A DNA stretch of 63,903 nucleotides, counting the filler, from Kipferlia bialata (taxonomy: Eukaryota), in NCBI GenBank assembly GCA_003568945.1. It is 6 parts of 6 records of this genome, joined end to end, with 100 filler letters (N's around TTAATTAATTAA, not from the genome) between each part and the next. Parts side by side here need not be neighbours in the genome. Positions count along the whole stretch, not along the records: positions 1 to 13,383 come from BDIP01000951.1; positions 13,484 to 26,864 come from BDIP01000952.1; 4 more parts are not named here. One strand, written 5' to 3'. Position 1 is the stretch's first letter; each line of letters opens with the position of its first letter. Positions 1-13,537 of this stretch are shown here, one piece after another. Both the position numbers and the translations under genes were made by a program. Under the pieces are notes generated by a model. It saw nothing but the letters and a program-made list of their open reading frames with translations. It ran no database searches and was not told the DNA's origin.

Positions 1-47
1 GATGGTTTTTTTTTTGTTTATCCCCCCCCCCCCCCCCCCTCACCCAG

Positions 48-2640
48 TCTGTGTGTGCCTCTCTGACCAGTGTCCAGACAGAGCTGGAGACTGTCAAGGG
101 AGCACTGGCCAAGGAGACACAGGCACGGGCCGCAGATGCTGCGTCCTATCAGGCCCTGCTGTCCCAGGCCAAGGCAGATGCAGAGGCGGCAGAGACCACG
201 TTCAGGGAGAGGATAGCATCTCTGGAGGGGCAGGTAACATACGAAAATGTGGCGTGTATCCCAGTGCTGTGTCTGTAGTGCCTAAATGAGTAGTGTATCA
301 TTAGAGTATGATTAGTGTATGATACTATATGATACCTACTCTTCCTGACCTGTCCAGCTAGATACACTGACAGCTTCTCTGGCTGAGAGAGAGAGAGAGA
401 CAGGGGGGCCTACTGCAGAGGCCGCTGATCAGGTGTGTGTGCATGAGTCTGTGTGTCTGTGTGGGTGTTTGTGGTGTGTAGGTGTGCAGACACTCTTAGC
501 GATGAGTGTTTGGGTATAGCAGGCTGTGAGACATGCCATAGGGCAGGCTGGATACATAGCATGAGTGGGGTGTATACGTGTATAGTTGGGCATATATGTA
601 TCTGCATTGACTTATCTCTTATGCATAGGAGAGAGAGGCCCAGGAGAGGGAGAGAGAAAGAGAAGAGCACAGAGATGTTGTGACCCAGCGTGACCGCCTT
701 GCCGCCCTCCTGGCAGAGACTGAGGCCCAGAGAGACACCCTTGTGGGGGAGAGAGACACTCTACTTGGAGAGAGAGACACTGTAGTTAGGGAGAGAGATG
801 CTCTGGTTAGGGAGAGGGAGACCCGATCCACTGCTGACACTGCCACTGCCACTGCCACTGCCACTGCTGATACTGCCATGGACGGAGGGGCCAGCCAGAC
901 TGTGGTACCTACCGACACAGATGTGTCTGCATCTGAGGGAGGTGAGGGTGGGGCCCTGGCTCTGCTGGAGGGACAGCACAGGTATGCACACACTGATACT
1001 AGTATGTAGTCAGGTGTATACATGCATTGATAGAGTTGGTGTCTGTGGTGTGTAACTGTGGATATATATACATTACAGTGCTGTGTCTTATGTCAGGGCG
1101 CTGCAGCAGGAGAGGGACTCCCTGCGTCTGGCCCTGGACACGATGCAGACAGAGAGGGAGAGAGAGAGAGAGGTGGCCCAGACCCAGCTGGACAGACTGA
1201 CCCAAGGGGAGGCAGCCCAGACACAGGAGCTAGACCAGCTCAGACACCTCACAAGGACACAGGTGGGTGGTGTGTATAGGGTAGATGCGGATACCAGTAT
1301 ACAGTGTATAGATGTACATAGACATACTCATATATTGTTATTCTTGTTATAGACATCTATTCTCAGCTCTGACATCCAGCAAGAGCGTCTGGAGCGTCTC
1401 ACCCAGACTGACCAGGAGAGAGAGGGGGCCAGTGCCACCCAGCGCCAGACCCTGGAGTCCGTCCAGGCCCAGCTGGCATCTGTGACATCATCCCTTGCAT
1501 CGGTGACATCAGAGAGGGACAATGCCAAGAGACGGCTGAACCGAGAGGCCGAGAGACTGAAGGAGAGAGAGGCCCAGCTGGTCAAGTATCAGGAGGTACA
1601 GAGGATGACATTCTCAGGATATGTATGAACTTGGTATATATATGCTTACATAAATGCTCTACTGTATACTACCTACTGTACCTCTGTAGTATCCGTGTCT
1701 ATACTGACTGACCACAGGTCAGCAAGAGACAGATTGCAGCCTTCCGCCGGCACATTGAGACTCTCACTGGGTGGCGCATCACCCCAGTCAAGAGAGGGGT
1801 GCAGGTATCATCAGTATCAGTATCAGTATATATATCAGTATCTATGAGTCAAGAGAGGGGTACAGGTGCGGGGAGATGCTATGGACAGTGTGTATATGTG
1901 TGTGTACTTATACAGTGATTGGTACATCAAGTGAGGGGTGCAATTGCGTGTATACACAAGTAATTCTGCAGGATAATTCTCTCTATACCCATGTATTTGA
2001 ATCACAGCTCTGTTTCACAGGAGTATACATTGTTCCATCTTGTTGTATCGTTCATGTGTGTACTGTTCGGTAGGCAGTTGCCGTGTGTTCGTGGAGTAGA
2101 ATAGTAGTCTCTGACCCTCAGGCCTTGTACCGCCGCCCCTTCTCCTCCGTGTGCCCCCTGTCCCCATCAGACTCTGACACCAACGCAGGGGCCAAGGCTA
2201 AGGGCAAGGCAGTCCTCGAGCCCCAGGTGCGTTATGACATGTACACACACGTACATAGTACATAGTACACAGTCACAATGTGGGCAGTATAGCCTTGCGT
2301 GTCTGACCCCCAGGTGACCTTCGGTGTTGAGACCGACATGACCTACCGCCTTCTGCCCAGTCCCTTCCTGACGGCTGTGTCTAAGAAGTTCTCCAAGGTG
2401 GAGCAAGGTGGGTAGGGGGTAGACGTGTGTGTGTGGATGTGCCCCATATGAACTATCCTACCTACGATTTGTAAGTTTATGTTTAGGTAGGATAATGTGT
2501 TTGTCATTTCCTACGAAGTAATAGTTATAGTAGATCTGATAGTTATTGGGTGACTTCTGACCCCAGCTGTGCATACCCACTCCACCCTGTGCATCCTGTC
2601 CCTCATCGACATGTGCCTCAGCCTGTCCCTCCAGGGGTAG
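48..2640 (+). CDS. Multi-exon coiled-coil protein, 5' truncated at contig start; function unknown
   Basis: Exons bounded by ccag|...|gt encode heptad-rich E/R/Q/A/L sequence (TSVQTELETVKGALAKE, ALQQERDSLRLALDTMQ, DNAKRRLNREAERLKERE). Downstream exons (ALYRRPFSS.., VTFGVETDMTYRLL.., ..MCLSLSLQG*) end at TAG 2638-2640. Linkage of the last exons to the coiled-coil part is inferred. Confidence 0.5.
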
Positions 2641-2688
2641 GGGTAGGGGTAGGGGTAGGGGTAGGGGTAGGGGTAGGGGTAGGGGTAG
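2633..2688. repeat. (TAGGGG)n hexamer tandem repeat, about 9 units
   Basis: Read directly: aggggtaggggtagggg... overlapping the predicted stop codon of the upstream gene. Confidence 0.9.
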
Positions 2689-3040
2689 GCAGTGCTCACT
2701 GTCTTCGTAGGGGACCTCCATCCCTAACGGCGATGCTGTTCCATACTTCAATTTTTGTACTTCTGTTTACCAATGCAATAGACCGCCGTTATAGGGTGAG
2801 TGGATAACAAGCATACATCACTCCTTATTACTCTTTAGCCACTTTGTAACTCATAGTAAGTCTCATCGAGGCAAGAGTATCAACTCAGTATGGGTTCGTG
2901 TACGAGGAGTCGAGGATTCTCTATCCGTATCTCAATGCGTGTCCTCTAATACTGATTTATGCTCCCAGTGCACAAAACGTTTCTCTATTTACGGATGTTA
3001 CGACAGATAATGATAAGTAGTACAGTCCTCTATCATCCAT

Positions 3041-6000
3041 CTAGACAGTGGCCTCTGTCTCAGCAGTACCAGCATCAGCAGCAACAGCGCCCTGGGGTGC
3101 AAAGTCCCCTGTGCTGTCACATGCCCTAGTCATGCACAGGACCTGGGGTGGGGGCATGGACACACATGTGGTATGGGGATATCTAAAAACCTATACACCA
3201 TACACACATACCGTCTCGACGTGTCTGGTGTGGGGGAACATGTCCACACAGAAGTAGGCCTCGGGGACAAAGGGGTTGTAGGGGAAGCGGTTGCCTCTGA
3301 AGTCAGAAATTCCACTATACACAGACATTGATATGGGTACAGAGAAAATACCAAAGCGATATATATGATACAGTTGTTGTGTATACGTACGTCTATATAG
3401 TAATCACTGTGCACTCCATCTGAACCGAATAGTATGTATTTGAACCAGTGTGTATGAATATATTGTATACATGTACACATTGCCATGTTCACCTTCTCTC
3501 CATGAGGCTGAGGCCGAATCAGCATCAAGACATCAATGTATATACACAAATTGTGTACTATATATATATATACACATACATGTACCGCACCTTCTCTCCA
3601 TGAGGCTGAGGCAGTCCTTGGCCAGGGCCTTGTGGGAGCATGCGACGTATATGATGTGCTCTATCCTAGACTCCATGCGCAGGGCCTTGAGCACAGAGGG
3701 GTGGAGTCCGGCACGGGAGGGGTCCACGACACACACAGTGGGTACACCGTCCTGGGGTCAGTGGGAGTGGCAGTGTTAGTATACTAAATCGACAGCTGAC
3801 TGTACTCATATGCATACTCATCAGAATACCACAACTGGGGAGACCAGTGGTACCTGTGGCAGGTTGTCGAGGTACTGCTGCACGGCCTGCCTGGCATCAC
3901 CGACCACATACTCTGCATCCAGGCCTAGGGCCTCGGCATTGGCCCTGGCATCAGTGTGGGGACATGGAGAGACATCACACTACACACACACTCGTATATG
4001 TGTATGCATGTACATATCCATCCACCCACCTTGCTGTGAGGATGCTGCCCTCTATAATGTCGACCCCCCAGATGGAGACCTGCCTACCCATCTGGTGGGC
4101 ACAGTGACTGACAGCCAGCCCCATGGCACCTGGGGGTCAGGGCATACTGACATGGTACATCCATACACACACGCCCATACACACATGAGTACCCACCTGA
4201 CCCACTGCACACGCCCATCAGTATCAGTATCAGTATGTATGCATATATACTGATGCACATGTATGTGTGTATACCCACCTGACCCACTGCAGACATCCAC
4301 CAATATCAGATTCAGTATGCATATATATATACTGTTGTATGTGTGTATACGATGTATATATATATACTGATACACCCACCTGACCCACTGCAGACATCCA
4401 TCAGCCTGATGTGGGGGGCAGAGGGGTAGCACTTCAGGGCCTGCTGGGCAACAGCATCAAACAGCACATCCGAGGCAGCCTGGTTCACCTGGGGGTCGGG
4501 ATGGGCATACATATCATGACATCTATATACATATCACGACATCTATATATATATCATGACATCTATATACACACAATGATATCAATTGGTCACTGCCAAC
4601 CATTCATATTCTGAAACACACTGGTGGAACCGACACTGACACTGACACAAACATCCCAAGGATGGTAGTACACCCCACACACCATGTACCCTCTACCCAC
4701 CTGGACAAACCCTCCCTCCGACACCTGGTATGGGACCCTGGCCTGTGTGTTCTGGTGCTTGACCCTGGGTCAGTACAGACTGTGCATATGCATATCACTA
4801 TGCAAGGGATACAGCATATCTATATGTATATCATGCATATCTATATCATGCATATGCAGTCATAACTGTGTAATCATAAGAAGAAACAAACTCATACCAC
4901 ATATATACACAGTGTATGCAAGTGTACCCACCTGTACAGGAGTGTGGGCCCTGGGGTGGGTGTGAGGGTGTCAGGTGTGTACACCCCGAGTGCCTTGCTG
5001 CCGTGGTAGAGCTGCACAGCGGTGTCCACCCTAGAGATGGAGTCACACCCAGACAGACTGGCAGCCACAGCCTCGAGGGCCTTGGTGACGCAGAGATGGG
5101 CACCCGCCTCCATGTCGGCTGGCCCCCCTCTGCTGTCCTGCACACCTAGTGTAAGGGGGGGGGGGTATATACATGTATGTACATGAACACAGTATACACA
5201 TCCATTCATATGTAGTCAAAGATCCCACCGACCCCCACCTAGTATGGCATATGCCGCTGTGTACACATCATCCTCGTCGGGTGTGTGCAGACGGATACGT
5301 AGCTGGTGCCAGAACCCAACGTCCACCTTGGTCTCAGCAGCCTTAGGCACCTCTGCACCCTCTCCCTTCTCCTCTGCCTTGTCCTCTCCCTCCTTGGTGT
5401 CCTGTATCGGGGTGTCCCCACAGACTGCGGCAGGGGTGTCAGCCTGTCTCTCTCTCTTGCCGCCCCTCTCTCCCCCTCTGCCCATGTTGTAGGAGTGGGG
5501 GCGCAGATCACTGGGGACCTGGGGGTGGGTCATGGTGGGGTTAGGGTCTGTTTACAGACACATGAGTGTGTATACATATGGTACCTGGTCGGAGTTGAGG
5601 AATGCCTCCAGGGCCTGTGCCGCCACACACACCGAGGGGGGGAAGATCCTGGCCTGCTCCAGCCATGCTGCGGGGTATGCCCTGGCCTCGTCCAGTCCTA
5701 GGGCGGGGTCGGTCACACGGCGGGAGATACCCACACACATGGGGGGGAGGGCGTCTGCCTCTGTCTCTGCCTCTGTCTCTGTCTCTGCCTCTGCCTCTGC
5801 CTCTCTTCCCTCTCTGTCCTTTCTGACCAGGGCAGGCAGGATGCTGAACTCAACCTGACGTCAGGGGGATGAGGGGTGGATGTGCATATATACACGATGT
5901 AATGTATGCATACATCACATGCCACATGTGTAGTTGAACCTACACATACTACACCCACCACATAGTATAGACGTGCATATATATATACATACACATCCAC

Positions 6001-8165
6001 CCCTCCGCACCTTGTTTCTGTACCCCTCTGCGACTGGGGACTGCAGGACAGGGGGGGGTCGGAAGAAGGGCTGGGACCGGTCAAGGCTATCAAGCCAGAC
6101 AGGGTGGCCCCTGGGATTGGGATGGTAACACAATACTAACATAGATGATACTGATATGTAGCTGAATATGGACAGTGTATCGATGGTTGTTGTATTAATG
6201 GTGTATGTTATATAATACTATGCACTGCCACTCATACCCCTTGTCCTTACACCAAGTACAGACACATTCAGATACCGTTGTACTGCTACTGATAGTGATA
6301 CACTGAGTCATGACATATCTACTCCTGATACCTCTTGTCCTTCCTCATCAAGTATAGCTACACTTAGATCAGAACATAACTACACATTGATATATATATA
6401 TACATATATATACCTCTTGTCCTTCCTCATCTTGCTGAAGCACTTCTTTGCCAGACTGTTACGCACATCCCTGGGGTCAGACAGACAGATGATGTATATG
6501 TACACATGTGGGTGTATGAACACCCGATCTCAGAACATAAATGCGTGCACAAACACGCATTCCAGCACAAATGCATCCACCACATACCATATATACTACA
6601 CATATCCCATATATACACCCTCCATCCCGTGGTACCTGGCCTTTCTGAGCGTGGCTGCCTCCTCGCCCTCCAGCAGCAGGGGTGCCACCACAGAGCACAT
6701 GGCCTCGGGGGTGCAGATGTCCTCAGGCTCAGGCTGCTCCTGGCCCTCGGCCTCTGCTATCCTCAGCTGTCTCTTGGCCTCCCTCTTGGCACGCTGGCAC
6801 GTCAGTAATACATGTATATATAAATAAATATGTATATACGTATATGGGTGTGTGGTCGGATCACTGGTGGAAAATTATACCAATGATTCGAATAGACCCA
6901 AGCCTACTGCTGCCTCCTACACATGAAGCATTAAGCATTAAGCAATAATATACCTATTATTTCCGAACATTCGTATTGATGTATACATGCATACGCATGT
7001 GCAACCCCATCTATCTGCCCCACCTGCTGCTGCCTCTTGTACATGATCCTGTCTGTCCGTCTCTGCTCCTCCTCTCTGTCCACCTCTGCCACCTTGTATC
7101 AGTATCAGTATATATAGATACTGATAATGATACTGTCTGCTCCTCCTCCCTATCCACCTCAACTACCTTGCCCAGAGTCCCCAGACAGGCACAGAGGGGG
7201 GCTGGGGGTCAGGGGTGTAACAGCTAGAGTATTGGCAGTACAACAGTAGTGTGAATAAATGTATGAACTACTCATGTACCCTTGAGTGCCGGTGGGAAGT
7301 CCACTATGACAGACGCCATCCCAGGGGCCTTCTTGGCCACCACGTACCTAGGGGTCACGGTACATGCTGATACTACATCTGTACTGATACTGCCTTCCTG
7401 GCCACACGACACCATACTTATTAAATCATACCAGTGTGGGTACATATACATAACCATGTCTGTATTATCCACACTGTGTGTAAAAACATACATATACACC
7501 TCAGCACATACGCTGTATGCCCTCAATATATGTTATCTAGTAATACATGGGTATACATCATCACCATACCCCTTGAGCTCTGCCATGCCGGGCACAGCTG
7601 CTATCACCTTGGCCATCTCGTCCCTAGGGTCAGTGTGGATGTGATAGTATCAGGGTCATATTGTGAGGGCCAGTGTCGGTGGCATATTGGATATGGACAT
7701 ACTATTAAGTGTTGTATTATATACTCACATATACTATGGGTGCAAGATACCTTGACCATCTCGACCCTATATAATGAGAGTGGCAGCGATGCGCGGCTAA
7801 GAGACACGAATACTACATCACTCACTATGTGTGCAACACATATCTACCATACTTTGTGGCCCACTTTGACACGTTGTGCACAACCACACGCATCAGACTG
7901 GGACGGGTGTCAGAGGCCACATCCCCTGGGGTCAGCATGGTGATACAGTATACACATACATACACACACATATATATATGTGTGTCTAGGTGGCACCGTC
8001 TACGACCCATGTATTATAATAGACATAGATCCAGCATGGATACTACCCCAGTACCTCTATTAGTACTATAGGCACCAGTACTATAGGTATCACTGTCACG
8101 CATATAATACCTCCATTGTCAGTGGACACTGCTTCCCTCTGTTCTTCGTTGGTACTGGTATCCAT
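3041..8165 (-). CDS. TRM2: tRNA (uracil-5-)-methyltransferase, TrmA/Trm2/TRMT2 family (multi-exon)
   Basis: Spliced motifs: SPVAEGYRNKVEFS, GGFVQVNQAASDVLF, SAM-binding LMDVCSGSG, GVDIIEGSILTARANA, VVDPSRAGLHPSVLKALR, IIYVAC (catalytic Cys), VDMFPHTRHVET (catalytic Glu). N-terminal RVVVHNVSKW resembles the TRMT2A RRM-like segment. ATG at 8165, TAG at 3041-3043. Confidence 0.9.
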
Positions 8166-8361
8166 AACACAATATAGGGTATGGAATAGTACCAGAAGAG
8201 ATACAGTCAGTCTCACTCCAGACAGGACTCTGCACCCTTTGCATTCTTTTTTGGAAATACCGTTTGACAAACGATGAAGACTGTTGATGTGATCGGTGCT
8301 CTGCGTTCAGAGACTTTTCTTCACCAGTGCCTCAGGGCAGGATATTAAAACACTGAAGACA

Positions 8362-8972
8362 ATGAAATCGTGCCAGGTGCCTGAGAAATCCTCTCAGGGA
8401 TCGGATATGCCGGGATGTCAGTCCAGCCCTGAGCCTTGCCTGCACTCCCCTGACCCAGACACCCAGGTGTCACGCAGTGTGTGTCACACCCCCAGTGCCA
8501 CCCTCCCCCCCAAGGGTATGGCTCTACCTGGTGACAGGGTGACCCGGGTCTGCTCCAATCGGCCTGGGTGTGTGCAGCCTCTGTCCGAAAAGGGAACGCA
8601 GGTCAGAGTCCACGTATGGCGATATTTCCATATTCACATATATATATATACATGTATGTAGTCCCCTAGATAGGTATGTTCATGGTACTGATGTGCAGTG
8701 GTTTGCCAGGCACCCCCGGGGCATGTACACGTGCCTCCGGACCATGGGACCCAGGCGTCTGTTGATGCTGGACATGCACATAGACAGGCTGCTCACAGGG
8801 CTCGACCAGATGACGTCAGGTACATTCACACATCGTATATAGGTCATGTATCATATATACACATGCATCCCCATGTGTCTTTACATATCGATATATACTC
8901 GATATATTCTCTGTTTACTCTCTATATGATATACATTTGAGATATGACCTGATTACCGCCAAAGACGTAGAA

Positions 8973-9005
<33 letters not shown>

Positions 9006-11120
9006 CTGTATTATCCATCGGTTTCTATACATCTGTAAACCCATGCTCACACACATAATTCATATCTGCATCTGTATTTCCCTCTGCTCATGCCAGCCGA
9101 GTGGATCCAGGACCATGGCATACAGACACCCCACGCCAGGATCAAGGTATGCATATCAGAGACCCAGTGATAGCTTACCCACCGTAATCAACACTGTGGC
9201 AAATAGGTGTTATGCACGTATACGTGTTGTGACACTACCACATGTTGACGCATACCCTCTAATGTATAGGCAGTGTTACACGAGAGAGGCTTCGACAGGG
9301 CTGACACACTGACCAAGGCTGTTGTGCAGAGGTATCAATACATACGTATCTATGTATCTATGTATACAGTGGCTGAACACAGGTACAGTGTATGGATACT
9401 GGCACTGAAAGTGACTATGTTTCCCTGTATGATGTAGATATTTGATTGCAGTATACATGTGTGGTGTTTGTATGGGACTCTCTCGATATGCGTACCCCTC
9501 CCCCCCAGGTACCAGGAGTGTCTGTCCGTGCTACACCCCTTGGACACAGATGACCTCAGGTACTACGAGGGAGTAAAGTACTTGATTCTTCCAGTATATG
9601 TTTCATAGTCCATGCCGTGGGCACTGCCGGTGTCCACTGCACACTCTCTCTCTCTCATACACACACACACATGTATACACACTCATCCCAGGGTGTCTGT
9701 GCTTGTCACATCTGCCAGTGTCGACTGTGACATGCTGATGGTGGTGGAGTATCTGCCCCCCAGGCCCCCCCCTCCCTACCACATGCAGCTGTGTCCTGGC
9801 CACCGGCAGTGCCCAGAGGTCAAGGTATGTCAGTGTCAGTGTCATAGATGGTATCATATAACATAGATGCTGGTACTGACAGTGCCCCTGGGGTCAAGGT
9901 GGGTGTGGATAGGGGGTGTACTGATAGACACCCACTGTGGTGAGTAACCCCAGGACACCCACTGGATCAGAGAGAGACAGAAGTACGAGACGCTGGTGTC
10001 ACCCCCAGTCAATGAGGTAGGTGAATGATATACCCATGGTATATACCCCATGCATATACCACCTCGTCAATATATATATTAACATATGTGTATATACCCC
10101 CCAGTCAATGAGGTAGGACTGACGTGTGACACTGGTACTGGTACTGCCTCAATGGGGATAGGGGTTGTAAGTAGAAGAAGAGAACCGCTCATTGTTCTAG
10201 TCATTCTTCTCCTCTATACACCACATCGTCAGTATATATATATTCTGATACCCTATCTGCATCATCAGTCCTGCCACTTACCCAGGTCTGCCTCTATGAT
10301 ACAGTTGACGGGGCCATCAGCGAGGGGCTCAGTTCAAACTTCTTTGCAATATACCCAGGCAAAGAGATAAGGTAGCTTGTATTGTATATGTATATACGTG
10401 TATATGCCATTTGATACCAGTGTATCACGTACTAGATAGAAACATGGTACAGCGTGTCTGCCTCTCCCATCTCCCATCTCCCATCTCCCATCTGCCTTTC
10501 CCATATGTCTGTGACGCCAGGACCTCCCCCGCTGTGTTGATCGGCACCATGCGCAGACTGGTGCTGGAGGTGGCGCCCTCCCTCGGGTACAAGGTATGGG
10601 GTGTGGGTGCTGGTACAAGTGCAGACACACAGTGCATATCATGTGTCAGCACCCATCCTACTCCACTGCTGTGTACATATATATACTCCCATCGTGACCC
10701 CAGGTTGTGCCCTCTGCCCCCTTAGTACACGAGGCCTCAGACTGGGAGGGGTGCTTCGTCACATCGGTACGACATATGTACAGTGGATACCCTGCTGATA
10801 TTCGTCTCTCTCCGTTTTTGAGAGAGTTGGTAACTGCATTGTATCTCTCTATCATGTTATATATCGGATGATTCTGCCACTTGTCCAATTGACATATATA
10901 CCGTATACTCACCCAGACCTCCCGTCGCATTGTGCCCGTATCCCTGGTGCACATGCCCCCCTATGCCATCCCTCAGACTGGGGCAGGTGCCTCTGATGGC
11001 TGCACTGACACTGCGGCAGGGACTGGGGGCTGTGACCTCAGCCTCGACACCTCCCAGGCAGAGGCCCTCGATACAGCCCTGGCCAGAGTGTTACTGTCCA
11101 GGTGTGCACCCGTGGACTAG
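8362..11120 (+). CDS. PLP-dependent aminotransferase class IV (BCAT/D-amino-acid aminotransferase/ADC lyase-like fold)
   Basis: Spliced motifs: PRGMYTCLRT, HIDRL, RQCPEVK|DTHWIRERQKYE (PLP lysine), VNEV, ISEGLSSNFFAI, VLIGTMRRLVLE, WEGCFVTS|TSRRIVPV. Stop at 11118-11120. Start ATG at 8362 is the best guess. Confidence 0.8.
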
Positions 11121-11611
11121 CATATGATAGATGTGGACTGAAATAATAGATCACTCGTTGAGTGGCCCCATTCTCTTGGTTTGTCTGGCAGTGACTGGCC
11201 CAATGTATATATATCTGTGCGAGAGATACGCTGTGTGGAATAGCAAATGTTGGATTTTTCATTGATTCAGAGCAAACTCACTGAACTTCAAGGCCTAATA
11301 ACTACTGAGATCACTACAGATGTGACCCTGTCTTTGCATGACCGTCACACACCGTACTGATACTGGGACATTGACAGAGGCGCATATATGAAATCTATTG
11401 ATATGTCCGGGTCCTAATGAATGCCCGAACCCTATCTGACTGGGTGTCTGTAGTGTAGTGTGATGTGATGACAGGCCCCGGCATATACAGGTATGCTATG
11501 GGCCGAGGGTGGGCTTACGCGTCTGCATCAGACCCTCTGCCGTTATCACAACAGGGTGATGGGGAAAACACGTGTGGCTACCCATCTATCCGTCTACAGA
11601 GACAGGCTCCC

Positions 11612-13278
11612 TCACCGCTGGTACTTGGAGGGGGCACGGAGCTAGGGGTCAGAGGAAGGGGTCTGGCAACAACAGTATATATGTGCTCAGGCATGTGAAT
11701 AGGGGTATATTGCCATGTCAGACACCAGTCAAAACATAGAATACAACATAATAGTCTACATACCTTAGCCATGTCCGACACCAGCATCACGTGTAGCCCC
11801 ACAGGCACAGGCCTGCCAGGCCCATAGGCCCAGTCGTCACCGGTGGCAAAGGCGACCAGGGAACCCTGTCAATAAGGGGGGCGGGTAGTATGTAAATGTG
11901 ATATGGACATATACACACTGTGATACACATGCACCCTATCTCTGTGGCATCTGAACACACACACACATGTATATATGTATATGTATATATATATATATAC
12001 ACATATACACTTATTTCCACATCCACCCGTGTACCTGGGGGTTGACTGCGATGGCAGTGGTGGGCAGGGCCCGCACAGGCCATGGGAGGGCCTCGTCCAG
12101 CAGGGAGAAGTACTTCTTGGTGTGGTCGTTCCACACTGTGATGTGGCCGTCCCCCCCCGTGGACAGATACACATTGGCACCGGGGTGGTACACCATGGGG
12201 CCGCAGGGGTAGAAGGTGGGCTGGCCGGCCATCAGAGCCCGGTGCAGGGGGAGGGCACGCGTGGAGTTCTTGAGCTGGGGATGAGACATGATGAATCAGT
12301 GTGAGTATCACTCAAAACCAGTGACCCACAGGAGTATCTGAGGAATGGAATAAATATATATACTACATACCTGCAGCTTCGTCTGTGCCCCATAGCCTGT
12401 CTGGTGGGCATCCAGCGTCAGACACCTGGGGGTCAGAGGGGTCAGCATAACGTAGTATACATATGTATAATTATACATATATATTACTCTGTAGCATGCC
12501 AGCACGATACCTAGTATATATATTGCTACTGTAACCTGTCGAGGGATAGACCACATACTATAGTATATAGTATATATATAGTAAATATATATACTATAGT
12601 ATATAGTATATATATAGTATATATATATATATACATGAATATATATATCTCTATTTGCAGTTGATGCTGCCACTGATACCTGCCGTTGTCGAGGGAGAGC
12701 AGGGCCGACATGGCTGTGTTGGTGTTGTCCGAGGGACGCCTCAGGGTCACAGCGCAGGGGCTGCCCCCGTTGGTCAGGTCCCTCTTGACCGTCATGGTGC
12801 TGGACTTGGGCTTCCTAGTGCCAGACAGCGGGATCTGACACACGCTGACCTGGGGGTAAGACACACGGTGACGGATGGATAGATATGCATCTGCAGTGCT
12901 CAGGTGTTGGAGGAGGGGTTGGAGTATAGGCATAATGCATGCATGATGGGCATATTGTGAGAGGTACCTGCACCCCGGGTAGGGCGCCCTGGGCCGTTGC
13001 CTTGAGGGGCACACCGGCAGACACCACAAAGATGTTGTGCTTGTTGGCTGTGACCCCGACGGCACTGAGGCGCATGTCAGGGAAGGTGTGGTTCCACACG
13101 GGCTGGGGGCCCTGGGGTCACTGAATATACATGTATATTGTCACGGGACAAGTATGCACATACAGATATGTGCACCAATACTATCTACACCCACACTGCC
13201 CCCATCCTGTGATACCTTGTACACGTTGACCGAATTGTCGAATGCCCCTGACACCACGTAGTCCTCAATGGTGCAGAC
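11612..13278 (-). CDS. Rae1/Gle2- or Bub3-like WD40 protein, 5' truncated
   Basis: Spliced segments VVSGAFDNSVNVY, LSLDNGRC, FYPCGPMVYHP..YLSTGGDGHITVWNDHTKK, TTAIAVNPQ|GSLVAFATGDDWAYG match the Rae1/Bub3 C-terminal blades (YPVN.I.FHP, T.G.DG, G..FAYA..YDW.KG). Ends LRAPSKYQR* at 11612. Confidence 0.65.
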
Positions 13279-13383
13279 CTGGAAGGCAGGGGCAGAGTGC
13301 TGGGTCAGAGAAGGGGGGGGGAGAGAGAGAGGTGGCCAGGCAGAGCGCTGGAGGGGGGGGGGGGGGGGGCCAACCAGGACCAG

Positions 13384-13483
13384 NNNNNNNNNNNNNNNNN
13401 NNNNNNNNNNNNNNNNNNNNNNNNNNNTTAATTAATTAANNNNNNNNNNNNNNNNNNNNNNNNNNNNNNNNNNNNNNNNNNNN
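13384..13483. other. Artificial contig linker (N44-TTAATTAATTAA-N44)
   Basis: 100-nt spacer with stops in all six frames; identical copies at four other positions. Confidence 0.98.

Positions 13484-13537
<54 letters not shown>

Noticed and set aside
13428..13439. TTAATTAATTAA palindrome recurring five times
   Set aside because: Always centred in an identical N-spacer; an artificial six-frame-stop contig linker. Gene adjacency across linkers is meaningless.
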